Below are positions 1-10,104 of a stretch of 64,000 nucleotides of DNA, piece after piece (position 1 is the stretch's first letter; each line of letters starts with the position of its first letter). The translations under genes were made by a program, and so were the position numbers. The notes beneath the pieces were generated by a model. The model was not told the origin of the DNA and did not search any database. It saw only the letters and a list, made by a program, of their open reading frames with translations. Source of the stretch: an uncultured Candidatus Saccharibacteria bacterium (GTDB lineage: Bacteria > Patescibacteriota > Saccharimonadia > Saccharimonadales > CAZJQT01); NCBI GenBank assembly GCA_964636215.1, contig CAZWRJ010000001.1, positions 39,928 through 103,927 on the forward strand. Reading direction: 5' to 3'.

Positions 1-829
1 GCCATTTGATATCTTGCCCAACCAGGCGGACACTATTACTTTCTGAGCCGAATAGCGTATTTATCAGTAGTTGGCCAAATTCCGGTTCCACCTGACGAAA
101 TTTAAACAGAGTGCTATGTTGCCTAATATCATTCATGGCATGGAGTATTAGGAGCATCATTAAAAGAGTTACGCCCGGTGTTTCATTCTTCGGTAATTCC
201 ATAACTTGTACTTCACCAAGTTCAACTGAACTAAGTACGTTGGTATGAAATTTTTCGGCTATTAATTTGCCAACAGCACCCCACCTCTTCGGCGAAAGAT
301 AGCGAACCGTTATGTCACGTACTTCAAAATCAACTGGTGTCAGTTTTTTATAGATATGTTTCAACTGTTCTTGCCAATGTGCAGATTCTAACCGCTTAGC
401 CGCAGCTAATAGCGCCGCCGGCGGTTCTCGTTTAATCAGTGAATCTATAGAGCGATAATGCAGAAGTTTGAGCAGTTGTTTAGGCGGTAAGGTTTTAAGG
501 ATGCGACGAGCCACTATAGGTTTTAGGACCCACACCTGGCGATTAAGCTTCAACCTATTAACGATTCTGACCAAATGTTCTTGGTCACAATTATCAGGAT
601 CTAGTCCCAGACGTTTGGCCAAAAATTTATCGTGTAATTTTACCAGGTTCATTAGAGCTTGGTAGAGTTCTTTAGCTGTAGTATCGTGAGGATCGAGACT
701 AAGCTCACGTGTTTTAAGATGTAAGCGACCGTAGATCTCGCCGGTTAGACTTAGGTCAACTTTGGGCTGGCCAGTGGCATACTCCAATCTATCGAGTGCC
801 TCACGAACGACTCGTTCCCTCTTGCCCAT
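1..829 (-). CDS. hypothetical protein, C-terminus runs off the window start
   Basis: Absent from the ORF track because it has no stop in the window. My hand translation of the minus strand from ATG 829 (MGKRERVVREALDRLEYATGQPKVDLSL...) stays open to base 1. An alternative GTG lies at 853 and an in-frame stop at 881-883. No family recognised. Confidence 0.55.
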   Translation of the reverse strand, partial: MGKRERVVREALDRLEYATGQPKVDLSLTGEIYGRLHLKTRELSLDPHDTTAKELYQALMNLVKLHDKFLAKRLGLDPDNCDQEHLVRIVNRLKLNRQVWVLKPIVARRILKTLPPKQLLKLLHYRSIDSLIKREPPAALLAAAKRLESAHWQEQLKHIYKKLTPVDFEVRDITVRYLSPKRWGAVGKLIAEKFHTNVLSSVELGEVQVMELPKNETPGVTLLMMLLILHAMNDIRQHSTLFKFRQVEPEFGQLLINTLFGSESNSVRLVGQDIKW

Positions 830-932
830 CAGCTCCGCAATCAATTTACACACTTTTTTCGTTTGGCCCTTCGCAGACTCTTATTACCATAAGCATAGCA
901 CCAGAGGAAATCAGGGTAAAGCTAACGGCGTA

Positions 933-1949
933 TTAAAATCGTTCTGGCCTGTACCAATCAGGTGCTTTTTTTAATAGTTCGTCTAGCCCTTTTTCGGTGA
1001 GTAATCCTTCCTGAGCCCCAACGTGTTGTACAACGTTCATGGAATTAATCGGTGCCCACTGCAAGGCTCCTTCTATGGTATTACCCCTAACTAGTGCAGC
1101 TACGAAGGTGCTAGAAAAAGCGTCCCCAGCCCCAGTTCGTTCAAACGGAGGACTTGGATCAGGATAGGGTGGCATTTTAAAACGGTTATCGCCATCAGAG
1201 GCGTAGGCACCGCTCGGTCCATCAGTTATCACGACTATTTTAGATCCGAGATGATGTAAGCGATTGATCAAATCATGCAAGTCATCACCGTGCCCCCCCG
1301 ATATCTGTACTGCTTCCTCTTTATTAACCAATAGGACATCGGCTCGCTCATAAAGTGATTTTAAACGCTCAGCACCGGCTTCAATTTGAAACGTTCCCGG
1401 TTGAAAAGCAAATTTTATCTCTTTGTTATCATTTAACCAGTCAGCAATATGGTCATGGTAGCTGTCAAGTGAATTCTTGCTTATAGAGCTAAAGTATACC
1501 CACTCAGGCATGTCTGTTTCTCTAAAGCGTGGCCAACGATAATCATATTCTTCATGTTTAATTAAAATAGTTCGTTCTTCTCTATACCAAAGAACATAAT
1601 GATAGTTACTGATTTTACCGGGATTTATATGGACAAATCTAGTGTCTACCTCCCCTTTATGAAGGGCGGCTATTATATCTCGACCGTATTGATCGCTACC
1701 TACGTTACTGACTAGACCGCTCGCTAATCCAAGGCGAGCAAAACTGACAGCAGCATTAGCCGCATTACCGACTCCTTCTATGACTTGAGCGTAGTCAAAG
1801 GGTACTTTTTGGCCAAACGGTATGGCTAACCACTTGCCCTGCTCATTAGCGTACATGTGTTCACGATCATCAAATAGCTTAATAAAAGCGTCGATTACCA
1901 CATCGCCAATAGACAGGACGTCCAAATGGTGATTACCGCTCATTCCCAC
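933..1949 (-). CDS. PfkB-family carbohydrate kinase (ribokinase-like)
   Basis: 338 aa. C-terminal GAGDAF motif and the N-terminal GxGxxA pattern typical of PfkB/ribokinase-fold sugar kinases. Substrate not determinable. Confidence 0.8.
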   Translation of the reverse strand: MGMSGNHHLDVLSIGDVVIDAFIKLFDDREHMYANEQGKWLAIPFGQKVPFDYAQVIEGVGNAANAAVSFARLGLASGLVSNVGSDQYGRDIIAALHKGEVDTRFVHINPGKISNYHYVLWYREERTILIKHEEYDYRWPRFRETDMPEWVYFSSISKNSLDSYHDHIADWLNDNKEIKFAFQPGTFQIEAGAERLKSLYERADVLLVNKEEAVQISGGHGDDLHDLINRLHHLGSKIVVITDGPSGAYASDGDNRFKMPPYPDPSPPFERTGAGDAFSSTFVAALVRGNTIEGALQWAPINSMNVVQHVGAQEGLLTEKGLDELLKKAPDWYRPERF

Positions 1950-1967
1950 CTTTCATACTAGTTATGT

Positions 1968-2882
1968 TTAGTCTACCACAGCCTTGCCGGCTGCATTAAA
2001 CATGTCAATTTTCTCTTCTACCACGGCTTGAACGGCTTCTTCGACTTTATCCATCAGTTTGACCACGGCGTATTCTGTAGGGTTTTCCTCCAAGACTTTC
2101 TCGAGAGTCTTACGATAAGCTATACGCATATCAGTATTGATGTTGACCTTACTAACTCCAATACGTACCGCTTCCTTAAAATAGTGCCCGGGGGTGCCGC
2201 TACCGCCGTGGAGTGAAATATTGCACCCGATGGAATCACGGATTTGCTGAAGCAGATCAAGGTGCAAAATTTTTGGTACCGGGTAATGCCCGTGCAAATT
2301 GCCGATAGCTGCGGCATAGGTATCAATACCTGTCGCTTCTACAAACGACTTAGCTCCTTCTGACGTACTAAAGGTCTTTTTAATTTCCTCATAGTCGATC
2401 TTTTTAGTGAAGACATTTGAGCCACCGCCGAAATAATGCGGTTCACTTTCTACCGAGGCTCCAGTCATCCGGGCATATTCCACGATTTGCCTAGTTTCAG
2501 TAATAATTTCATCGACCGTGGCATCATGTCTAGCCTGGCTGATGTCAATATGAATAAACTCAAAACCGGCTTCTATGCCGGCTATGCAAGCAGCAACTGA
2601 CGGGCTGTGATCAAGATTAATATACATTTCGATGCCATACTCAGTTATATAGTTATCAACCATGTCGCGAACATTATCAACACCAATAGCATCAGCTTCG
2701 CCCTGGCTTAGTTCAACCATTACCGGCGCATTCTTGGCTTTGGCCGCTCTGGCAATGGCCACCAACGTTTCTTGATTATCAATATTAAAAGCACCGAGGG
2801 CAAAATGTTCGGACCGGGCTCTAGCCATAGTCTCTCGGGCCTTACTACAGTTTTGTCTCATTTTAGTTAAGGTTAATGGCAT
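1968..2882 (-). CDS. fba: class II fructose-bisphosphate aldolase family protein
   Basis: 304 aa. NLDHS, IGNLHG and LHGGSG motifs of class II (metal-dependent) FBA/tagatose-bisphosphate aldolases. Confidence 0.85.
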   Translation of the reverse strand: MPLTLTKMRQNCSKARETMARARSEHFALGAFNIDNQETLVAIARAAKAKNAPVMVELSQGEADAIGVDNVRDMVDNYITEYGIEMYINLDHSPSVAACIAGIEAGFEFIHIDISQARHDATVDEIITETRQIVEYARMTGASVESEPHYFGGGSNVFTKKIDYEEIKKTFSTSEGAKSFVEATGIDTYAAAIGNLHGHYPVPKILHLDLLQQIRDSIGCNISLHGGSGTPGHYFKEAVRIGVSKVNINTDMRIAYRKTLEKVLEENPTEYAVVKLMDKVEEAVQAVVEEKIDMFNAAGKAVVD

Positions 2883-2884
2883 TT

Positions 2885-3862
2885 TTACTTTCTATGCATT
2901 ATTTCATGAGCGGCTAGGGCTATATGTTTAGCCGTTAAGCCGAAATGTTCAAATAGCTCTTCGGGATGACCTGATTCACCAAAGTGGTCACGCATACCAA
3001 TACGCTTCATTGGCACGGGGTATTCTTCTCCCAGCAGTTCGGCCACGGCACCGCCTAGGCCACCATTAATCTGAGCCTCCTCGACAGTAATAACTCGACG
3101 GGTTTTTTGAACGCTCCGAAGAATGGTCACAGCGTCTAGTGGTTTGACGGTTGGGCAGTGCACCACCTCCATATCGATACCGTCCTTGAACAGCTTTTCG
3201 GCTGCTACCAAGGCATGGTAAGTCATTCGGCCAGTGGCTATCAAAGTTATGTCAGTTCCAGGAGCATAGACGTAAGCTCTCCCCAGTATAAACGGCGTAT
3301 CTTCAGTCGTTATAATTGCTGTGTCGTCTCGGGCAATGCGCATATAGGATGGTTTATCGAAGCTTGTCAGAGCTATAGTAGCCTTGGCGGCTTGGACGCT
3401 GTCGCATGGCGCAACTACAATCATATTTGGTAATGAGCGCATTAAGGCTAGGTCTTCCAGCATTTGGTGAGTTGCCCCATCAGGAGCATCTGATAAACCA
3501 ACGTGAGTGCTAATAAGCTTAACTGGTCGATTATTAAGAGCAATAGTGGTACGGATCTGCTCCCAGTTGCGCCCAGGACTAAATGCTGCGTAGGCAGCTG
3601 CATAAGGTAACTTGCCCATAGCCGCTAAGCCGGAGGCAACAGTGACTAAGTTTTGCTCGGCTACCCCAACTTGAACAAAACGATCCGGGAATTCTTTAGC
3701 GAAAGCATCAGTACCAGTAGAACCAGCAACGTCCGAAGATAGAGCTACGACTTTATCATTTTGGTGACCGGCTTCAACCAGCCCCCGACTGTAACCTTTT
3801 TTCATTGGCTCTACTACCAGGTTTTTAGCTAAGATGTTTTTAACTAGATGATTTTCGCTCAT
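2885..3862 (-). CDS. transketolase, C-terminal (pyrimidine-binding) subunit
   Basis: 325 aa. Typical split-transketolase C-terminal section (GVAEQN motif). Overlaps the N-terminal subunit gene by 4 nt. Confidence 0.9.
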   Translation of the reverse strand: MSENHLVKNILAKNLVVEPMKKGYSRGLVEAGHQNDKVVALSSDVAGSTGTDAFAKEFPDRFVQVGVAEQNLVTVASGLAAMGKLPYAAAYAAFSPGRNWEQIRTTIALNNRPVKLISTHVGLSDAPDGATHQMLEDLALMRSLPNMIVVAPCDSVQAAKATIALTSFDKPSYMRIARDDTAIITTEDTPFILGRAYVYAPGTDITLIATGRMTYHALVAAEKLFKDGIDMEVVHCPTVKPLDAVTILRSVQKTRRVITVEEAQINGGLGGAVAELLGEEYPVPMKRIGMRDHFGESGHPEELFEHFGLTAKHIALAAHEIMHRK

Positions 3863-4716
3863 TCATGCTCCCCCTTGATTTTGCCTTGGAGAGTTCGAAT
3901 CTCATGAAGTGCTTTAATGGCTTGTTCATGATTAGGCGGGGCTCCGTGCCAGTGAAAATCATATTCCATGAAATCTACCCCTTTACCAGGGACAGTATGC
4001 GCAATAATCATAACTGGTTTTTCAACAATTGCTCTAGCCATGGCGCAGGCATCAATAACTGCCTCTATATCATTACCGTCAATTTCTATAACATGCCAAC
4101 CAAATGCTTCCCACTTGGCTCGAAGGTCTTCAAGGGGCATAACCGTTTCTGTCGGGCCATCAATTTGAATGTTATTGCGATCGGTAATAGCAATGATGTT
4201 ATTGAGACGATATTTGCTGGCCAGCATGGCTCCTTCCCAAACATTGCCTTCATCCTGCTCACCGTCGCCCATTACCACGTAAATCCAGCGGTGAGTTTGC
4301 TTATCCATCCGCATAGACAATGCCATGCCGCTAGCCTGGCTAAGCCCACAGCCTAGTGGGCCACTGGTATTTTCCAGGCCAGGTAAACGTTCTCGCTCTG
4401 GATGACCCTGAAGACGTGAACCAAATTGCCTGAGAGTTATTAGTTCTTTGCGGTCAAAGTAACCAGAGTGAGCCATAGCAGCATATTGCACCGGCACACA
4501 ATGTCCATTACTAAGCAGTAAGATGTCACGTTGATCCCAGTCAGGTTTTTTAGGATCGTGTCTCAAGATGTCAAAATAAAGTGCCGTAAAAATATCGGCT
4601 AGGCCCAGAGGCCCAGCGCTATGTCCACTACCGGCTTTTTCGAGCATTTTAATAATATCGGCGCGGATTGCCTCAGCTTTAAGCTCCAACTCCTGCAACG
4701 ATAATTTTTTAGCCAT
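3859..4716 (-). CDS. transketolase, N-terminal (TPP-binding) subunit
   Basis: 285 aa. SGHSAGPLG and GDGEQDEG (TPP-binding GDG) motifs. Translationally coupled to the C-terminal subunit. Confidence 0.9.
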   Translation of the reverse strand: MAKKLSLQELELKAEAIRADIIKMLEKAGSGHSAGPLGLADIFTALYFDILRHDPKKPDWDQRDILLLSNGHCVPVQYAAMAHSGYFDRKELITLRQFGSRLQGHPERERLPGLENTSGPLGCGLSQASGMALSMRMDKQTHRWIYVVMGDGEQDEGNVWEGAMLASKYRLNNIIAITDRNNIQIDGPTETVMPLEDLRAKWEAFGWHVIEIDGNDIEAVIDACAMARAIVEKPVMIIAHTVPGKGVDFMEYDFHWHGAPPNHEQAIKALHEIRTLQGKIKGEHE

Positions 4717-4749
4717 CTTGCTTATGGATTATAGCAAGATAGTTAGGAG

Positions 4750-5373
4750 TTACAATCTTGTCAGCTGCTCGTAGCGTTGCTGGGGGTTCTCGGCTTTTTG
4801 GATAAAACTACCAACGTTTAAAACATCAACACCGACCTCGATAAGTTTAGGGGCATTTTCGGCATTTATACCACCGTCCCAACTAATTTCAATATCAGTA
4901 TTTTGGCCTCTGAGATTTTTGACTTTCTCTAAAACCGTTAAATCAGCTTGGCCACCATGATAGCCAAGGTGACCACTAAAAATTAATACGTGATCAAATG
5001 CCTTAGCTACTTCATAGATTGACTCTATTGGGGTGTCCTGTAAAACAGCCAGTCCGGCTTTAATATGATTAGTATGCAACTCCTCGGCGAACTTATGGTG
5101 TTCTAACTCTGCTTCAACGTGGATGATAACCATGTTAGGCTTTAGGGTTAAAAGTTGGGGCAAAAACTGTTTCGGTCGACGATACATTAAATGAACGTCT
5201 GAAATTATAGCCTCTGGCAACCAGATTTTATCAAGTGGCGGTGAGATAGTTGGTGCGAAATCGCCGTCCATCAAATCTATATGTATCCGTTCAGCAAACG
5301 GGATAACGCGTTCTAGCTGAGCTCTATAATCGTGGAGCTCGTAAGCTGTAATTGTCGGACAGATGATGGCCAT
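4750..5373 (-). CDS. rpe: ribulose-phosphate 3-epimerase-like protein
   Basis: 207 aa. HIDLMDGDFAP matches the Rpe HxDxMDGxFVP pattern. Sits in a pentose-phosphate context. Confidence 0.75.
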   Translation of the reverse strand: MAIICPTITAYELHDYRAQLERVIPFAERIHIDLMDGDFAPTISPPLDKIWLPEAIISDVHLMYRRPKQFLPQLLTLKPNMVIIHVEAELEHHKFAEELHTNHIKAGLAVLQDTPIESIYEVAKAFDHVLIFSGHLGYHGGQADLTVLEKVKNLRGQNTDIEISWDGGINAENAPKLIEVGVDVLNVGSFIQKAENPQQRYEQLTRL

Positions 5374-5864
5374 TAGCTTAGTTGGTCAAGTTTTTGTACA
5401 CGTCTATCATGACGACCGCCTTCAAAAGCGGTTTCTAGCCATATAGTCACAGCTTGTTCAATTTCCTCGGAACTTAAGAAACGGGCGGCCAAACTTAGTA
5501 CATTAGCATTGTTATGTCTACGGCTAAGTCTTAAAATCTCAAAGTTATCAGTTGTTGGTTGGTCTTCTATATTAATTGCGCTATAGGCCTCTGCTGGGCC
5601 ATAGTAAACTGCACACCGGACGCCCTTTAGTCGATTGGCCGCCATAGCTTCACCTTGACCGCTGCCACCCATAATAATACCGATTTGACAATCACCACTA
5701 GCTACGGCTTTGGCGGCCGGAAAAATCAAATCTGGGTAATCGTCCTCTGGGTCGAGTTGCTTAGGACCAAAATCAACACATTCATGCCCTTTATCAGCTA
5801 AGAACGATTTAAGCTTGTTAAGTTGTTCAAAGCCGGCGTGATCTGTGGTCAACGCTATTTTCAT
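5373..5864 (-). CDS. rpiB: ribose-5-phosphate isomerase B
   Basis: 163 aa. MKIALTTDHAGF N-terminus and GGSGQGEAMAANR motif typical of RpiB/LacAB. Confidence 0.9.
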   Translation of the reverse strand: MKIALTTDHAGFEQLNKLKSFLADKGHECVDFGPKQLDPEDDYPDLIFPAAKAVASGDCQIGIIMGGSGQGEAMAANRLKGVRCAVYYGPAEAYSAINIEDQPTTDNFEILRLSRRHNNANVLSLAARFLSSEEIEQAVTIWLETAFEGGRHDRRVQKLDQLS

Positions 5865-5891
5865 GACTACACTTTATCACAAGCCGGATTT

Positions 5892-6944
5892 TTACTTATG
5901 GTGATGCTTGGCTTCAGGTTTATGCTCGGGCTTGTGGTGAAGTAAGCGCCCGACATCCGCGACGACTTCTACTAATCGGTTACTGTAGCCCCATTCGTTA
6001 TCGTACCAAGCTACAACTTTCAACATATTTCCATCTACAACAGCTGTCAGTTTTAGATCGACAATAGCCGAATGACTGTTGCCTATGAAATCACTACTAA
6101 CCAGTTCTTCTTCGGTAACGGCTAAGATTCCTTGATAATATGGTTCTTCGGCAGCTTTCTTGAAAACTTCGTTGACTTCTTCTACGGTCACGTTCCGTTT
6201 GGTGATAATCACAAAGTCACTAAGAGATACTACTGGGGTTGGTACTCTGACTGATAGGCCACCAAATAATCCCTGCAGTGACGGAAGAGCCTGAGCTGCA
6301 GCAATCGAAGCTCCGGTAGTAGTTGGCACAATGTTTTCAGCAGCGTTTCGAGCTTCACGTAAATCTTTCGCCGGAGCATCTTGTAAACGCTGGCTAGCTG
6401 TATAACTATGTACTGTGGTCATCATGGCCTTTTCGACGCCAAAGTTATTCTCAATAATTGCTGCTACAGGGGTTATGCAGTTAGTCGTACAACTAGCATT
6501 ACTAATAATGTCGCCGGAGGCATCTAGTACATCTTCATTAACACCTAGTACAATAGTGGTGGCACCTTCACCTTTGGCTGGGGCCGAAATTACCACCTTT
6601 TTGGCACCTGCCTGAATGTGAGCTTTGGCCTTAGACGGATCAACAAAGAACCCGGTGGATTCAATTACCACATCAACATGCAGCGCTTTCCATGCTAGAG
6701 CGGCAGGGTCCTTTTCGGCCAACACTTTGACATGTTTTTTATCAACTATAAGACTGGTGTCATCATAGCTAACCTCATGTTCGTAAGTCCCATAGTTACT
6801 ATCATGCTTTAGTAGGTGGGCCAATGTTTTAGTATCGGTCAAGTCATTTATGGCTACGATTTCCAAATCACTTCTATCAAAAGCAATCTTAAAAGCATTT
6901 CGGCCAATCCGTCCGAAGCCATTTATAGCCACTCGAGTTTTCAT
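5892..6944 (-). CDS. gap: type I glyceraldehyde-3-phosphate dehydrogenase
   Basis: 350 aa. INGFGRIGR NAD-binding N-terminus, SNASCTTNC active site and WYDNEWGYS. Carries an unusual His/Lys-rich C-terminal tail (HHKPEHKPEAKHHHK). Confidence 0.95.
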   Translation of the reverse strand: MKTRVAINGFGRIGRNAFKIAFDRSDLEIVAINDLTDTKTLAHLLKHDSNYGTYEHEVSYDDTSLIVDKKHVKVLAEKDPAALAWKALHVDVVIESTGFFVDPSKAKAHIQAGAKKVVISAPAKGEGATTIVLGVNEDVLDASGDIISNASCTTNCITPVAAIIENNFGVEKAMMTTVHSYTASQRLQDAPAKDLREARNAAENIVPTTTGASIAAAQALPSLQGLFGGLSVRVPTPVVSLSDFVIITKRNVTVEEVNEVFKKAAEEPYYQGILAVTEEELVSSDFIGNSHSAIVDLKLTAVVDGNMLKVVAWYDNEWGYSNRLVEVVADVGRLLHHKPEHKPEAKHHHK

Positions 6945-7000
6945 TTTATTCCACCTTTAGCATTAGCATTTAATCGTATTGTAACTAGAAGTGTCAGTGA

Positions 7001-7432
7001 TTACAACAGATTGTGATCGACAAGATATTGCAGACCAGCTAAGTAAGCTGGGTGTTGGTATTTTTGCAATGCATCTGAAATATCCAGCCAACTGTAAGCA
7101 TCGTGTTCAAAGTTTAGTACAACATCCGGGGTCGTGTTAAGACGTGCTAAGTAAAGAAAAAGTATGTAACTTATATTGTTGTAGAACGTAGTCGAGCTAT
7201 AGCTTAGGTTCACATCTCTCTGCTTTAGAACAATTCCAGTTTCTTCTTTTAGTTCACGTATCACTGCCTCCGTTGGACTCTCAAGGGCTTCGATTATACC
7301 ACCGGGAATATCAAGTTTACCCGCAGCCCAATCATGGGTTTTGGAATTAGTTAATAACAGGATTTTATTGGCTTCATTAACAACTATGATCTTGGCTGCA
7401 GATTTCCGGTTAGTATTCTTGTTATTTAACAT
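7001..7432 (-). CDS. NUDIX hydrolase
   Basis: 143 aa. Nudix box GGIIEALESPTEAVIRELKEETG. Confidence 0.85.
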   Translation of the reverse strand: MLNNKNTNRKSAAKIIVVNEANKILLLTNSKTHDWAAGKLDIPGGIIEALESPTEAVIRELKEETGIVLKQRDVNLSYSSTTFYNNISYILFLYLARLNTTPDVVLNFEHDAYSWLDISDALQKYQHPAYLAGLQYLVDHNLL

Positions 7433-7449
7433 ATTTAGCTTGGCTTAAT

Positions 7450-8106
7450 TCATAATTTCTTGCCTATGTATCGAATCATGCCGCTGATATTCTTGGCATC
7501 ATCTTTCGGGGTACGACCTTGGTCATCAAATAATAGTGGCTCAAATCTCTTCACAAACGGTCGGAATGATTCCACGCTGAAGAATCGTTTAACCAAGCCA
7601 TCAACATTAATTAGCCCGTCATCGTCAGCTTTTTCTGGATCATATTCAGAATCTTTGGTCGAGTTCATCATACAAGCCAATATGCCTTTTGGTTTTAAAA
7701 CCCTGCTAATTTCGCTAATAATCCGGTTCATTACTATGTCATCAAAATAGTGTAAAACCAATTGAGCATACACGCAGTCAAAACTATTATTTTCAAAAGC
7801 AAATGACTTAGTTATATCAAGCCTTGTAAGCTTAATATCATTACTCTTGACTTGGGACTGACGTTTTTTGATATCTCCAAAGATTGCTGTCGTTCCGTCC
7901 GTCATAGTTACAGTATGTCCTTTGCTGGCTAGCCATAGTCCATCTTGACCAGCCCCAGTACCAAGTTCCAGGATTACTGAGTTAGGCTTAAGGTAGGTAG
8001 CTACCACCTGGACGAAAGGCGATGGCCGAATTGACCACTCTTCTGCAAGATAGCTTGGTAATTTTTTCGACCAGTGCGTTTGGTTGAAAACGCTACCTGA
8101 GGACAT
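7450..8106 (-). CDS. class I SAM-dependent methyltransferase
   Basis: ILELGTGAGQDG SAM-binding motif. I prefer ATG 8106 (MSSGSVFNQ...), which abuts the ppa stop, over the track start at 8178, which overlaps ppa by 70 nt. Confidence 0.75.
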   Translation of the reverse strand: MSSGSVFNQTHWSKKLPSYLAEEWSIRPSPFVQVVATYLKPNSVILELGTGAGQDGLWLASKGHTVTMTDGTTAIFGDIKKRQSQVKSNDIKLTRLDITKSFAFENNSFDCVYAQLVLHYFDDIVMNRIISEISRVLKPKGILACMMNSTKDSEYDPEKADDDGLINVDGLVKRFFSVESFRPFVKRFEPLLFDDQGRTPKDDAKNISGMIRYIGKKL

Positions 8107-8108
8107 GG

Positions 8109-8642
8109 CTAGTTTTCTTTGTCCCAACGTTCTATGCAGTCGTTGATGATTTTTTTGGCTTCTGTCACGTTGCCCCATCCTAAAACTCTGGTACTACCCG
8201 GCTTCTTCAAATCCTTGTAGTGGTTAAAGTGATGTTCAATTTTCTGCTTCCACTGTGCATGTAGATCATTAAGCGATTTGATGGCATCACCGGTGTTACG
8301 GTCGTCAACCGGCACGCAGACGATTTTGTGGTCCATTTCACTATCGTCTTCGAAATTCAGCACACCTAGTACTTGAGCTTTTAAATAAACTCCCGTTGGG
8401 ATTGGGTCGTTAGTTAAGACTAGTGTATCAAGTTCGTCGCCATCTTCGTCGAGAGTTTGTGGTATAAAACCATAGTTACAAGGTTTGGCAAAGATACTAG
8501 GCTCTACGCGGTCCAGTTCAAAAATCGCTAGTTTACGGTTCCACTCAATCTTAAGAGTTGACCACTTAGGAATTTCAATGACGGTATTAACTTGGTCATT
8601 ATCTATATCACCAGGCGTAAGTACTTGATTAAAATCGGTCAT
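8109..8642 (-). CDS. ppa: inorganic pyrophosphatase (family I)
   Basis: Family I PPase-like sequence (DGDELD, VCVPVDD). Start moved to ATG 8642 (MTDFNQ...), preceded by GGAGAA. The track start at 8699 adds a non-conserved extension that overlaps the divergent gene. Confidence 0.85.
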   Translation of the reverse strand: MTDFNQVLTPGDIDNDQVNTVIEIPKWSTLKIEWNRKLAIFELDRVEPSIFAKPCNYGFIPQTLDEDGDELDTLVLTNDPIPTGVYLKAQVLGVLNFEDDSEMDHKIVCVPVDDRNTGDAIKSLNDLHAQWKQKIEHHFNHYKDLKKPGSTRVLGWGNVTEAKKIINDCIERWDKEN

Positions 8643-8681
8643 AGTTTCTCCTTTTCTCACCTTATTGTACACTAAGCCCAC

Positions 8682-9353
8682 ATGAGAATTATAGGTCACC
8701 GTGGTGCTGCAGGCAGCGAATTAGAGAATACTTTAGCCAGTCTTCAAATGGCTATTGATTATGACGTCTACGCTCTGGAAGTTGACATTAGAAGAACCAA
8801 GGACAATCATTTAGTGGTTTGTCATGATGCTGATCTAAAACGAGTGGCTAATGATCGCCGCCAGATTAATCACCTGACGCTGTCACAGTTACAAAAGATC
8901 CCACTACTAAACGGATCCGGTGTACCCACCTTAGACGAAGTGCTTGATTTAATTGGTAAAAAACATCTGTTTATTGAATTAAAAGAATCCGGCTGCGCCA
9001 AGTTGTTAATTAAAACTTTGTCCAAATATCCAAACGCCAGGCTAAAAGTGGTGTCGTTTAAGCCAAGTGAGTTAGCCAAAGTACACAAGCTATCTCCCAA
9101 TTTGCAGCTTTACGTACTAGAAAGGACCAGGCCACTTGAAGTTATTCAATTAGCCAAAAAACAGCACTTGGATGGTATTGGTCTGAATTTTTGGTTACTT
9201 AATCCCTTGACGTATTGGCTTTGTAAGCGAGCTGGTCTTGATCTTTATGTATTTACGGTTAACCGCCCATTTCATGCTCGTTTTTTGAGCCGATTATATC
9301 CTGACATAAGTATCTGTACTGACTACCCAGAACGTTATTTGGCCAAGAGCTGA
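8682..9353 (+). CDS. glycerophosphodiester phosphodiesterase family protein
   Basis: 223 aa. IGHRGA...ENT N-terminal GDPD motif and E.D catalytic pattern. Confidence 0.8.
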   Translation: MRIIGHRGAAGSELENTLASLQMAIDYDVYALEVDIRRTKDNHLVVCHDADLKRVANDRRQINHLTLSQLQKIPLLNGSGVPTLDEVLDLIGKKHLFIELKESGCAKLLIKTLSKYPNARLKVVSFKPSELAKVHKLSPNLQLYVLERTRPLEVIQLAKKQHLDGIGLNFWLLNPLTYWLCKRAGLDLYVFTVNRPFHARFLSRLYPDISICTDYPERYLAKS

Positions 9354-9381
9354 TACCAGCAGTCGAGTTATACTACAACTC

Positions 9382-10089
9382 ATGTATAACTTTCGTTTGG
9401 AGAAACTTGATAAAGTGGCACCGACTATTACTATGTTTTGGTTCAAACCCGACAAACCCTTAGACTATACCGCCGGACAATATATTGAAGTCACTCTGCC
9501 CCACAAGAAGCCTGACGACCGCGGACAGAAACGGTGGTTCACACTTACTTCGTCGCCAAGTGAAAATTTGCTAGCTATAACTACCAGATACGCAGGAGCC
9601 AAAAGTAGTAGTTTCAAAAAAACCCTATTTAATTTATCACCTGGAGCCACTTTAAAAGTAACTGGACCTATGGGAGATTTTGTCCTGCCCAAAGATACGT
9701 CTCGACCTCTAGTATTTGTGGCTGGAGGTATTGGCATTACGCCGATGCGTAGCATGGTCAAGTGGCTAACGGATAACAAAGAACATAGAAACATTCAATT
9801 AATTTACGCAGTTCGACGAAGCGAAGACTTGATTTTCCGGGGTTTGTTTAAGAATTACGGTATCGATATTACACCGATTCTATCGGAACCAACTTCTAAT
9901 TGGGATGGAGAAACTGGGAGACTAACGGCCAAACGTATTGTTGGTTTAGTCAACGGAATAGAAAACAAATTGCTCTACATTTCAGGTCCAGAGCCCATGG
10001 TCGATAAACTAGAAACCGATCTAAAACTTTCCGGCTTAAAAGCTGATCAATTGGTTCTGGATTCTTTTCCAGGCTATCCACTAAGTTAA
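9382..10089 (+). CDS. FNR-like FAD/NAD(P)-binding oxidoreductase
   Basis: 235 aa. RWFTLTSSP (RxYS-type FAD motif) and GGIGITP (NAD(P) motif) of the ferredoxin-reductase family. Confidence 0.75.
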   Translation: MYNFRLEKLDKVAPTITMFWFKPDKPLDYTAGQYIEVTLPHKKPDDRGQKRWFTLTSSPSENLLAITTRYAGAKSSSFKKTLFNLSPGATLKVTGPMGDFVLPKDTSRPLVFVAGGIGITPMRSMVKWLTDNKEHRNIQLIYAVRRSEDLIFRGLFKNYGIDITPILSEPTSNWDGETGRLTAKRIVGLVNGIENKLLYISGPEPMVDKLETDLKLSGLKADQLVLDSFPGYPLS

Positions 10090-10104
10090 TATTTTTAGTT
10101 CAGA

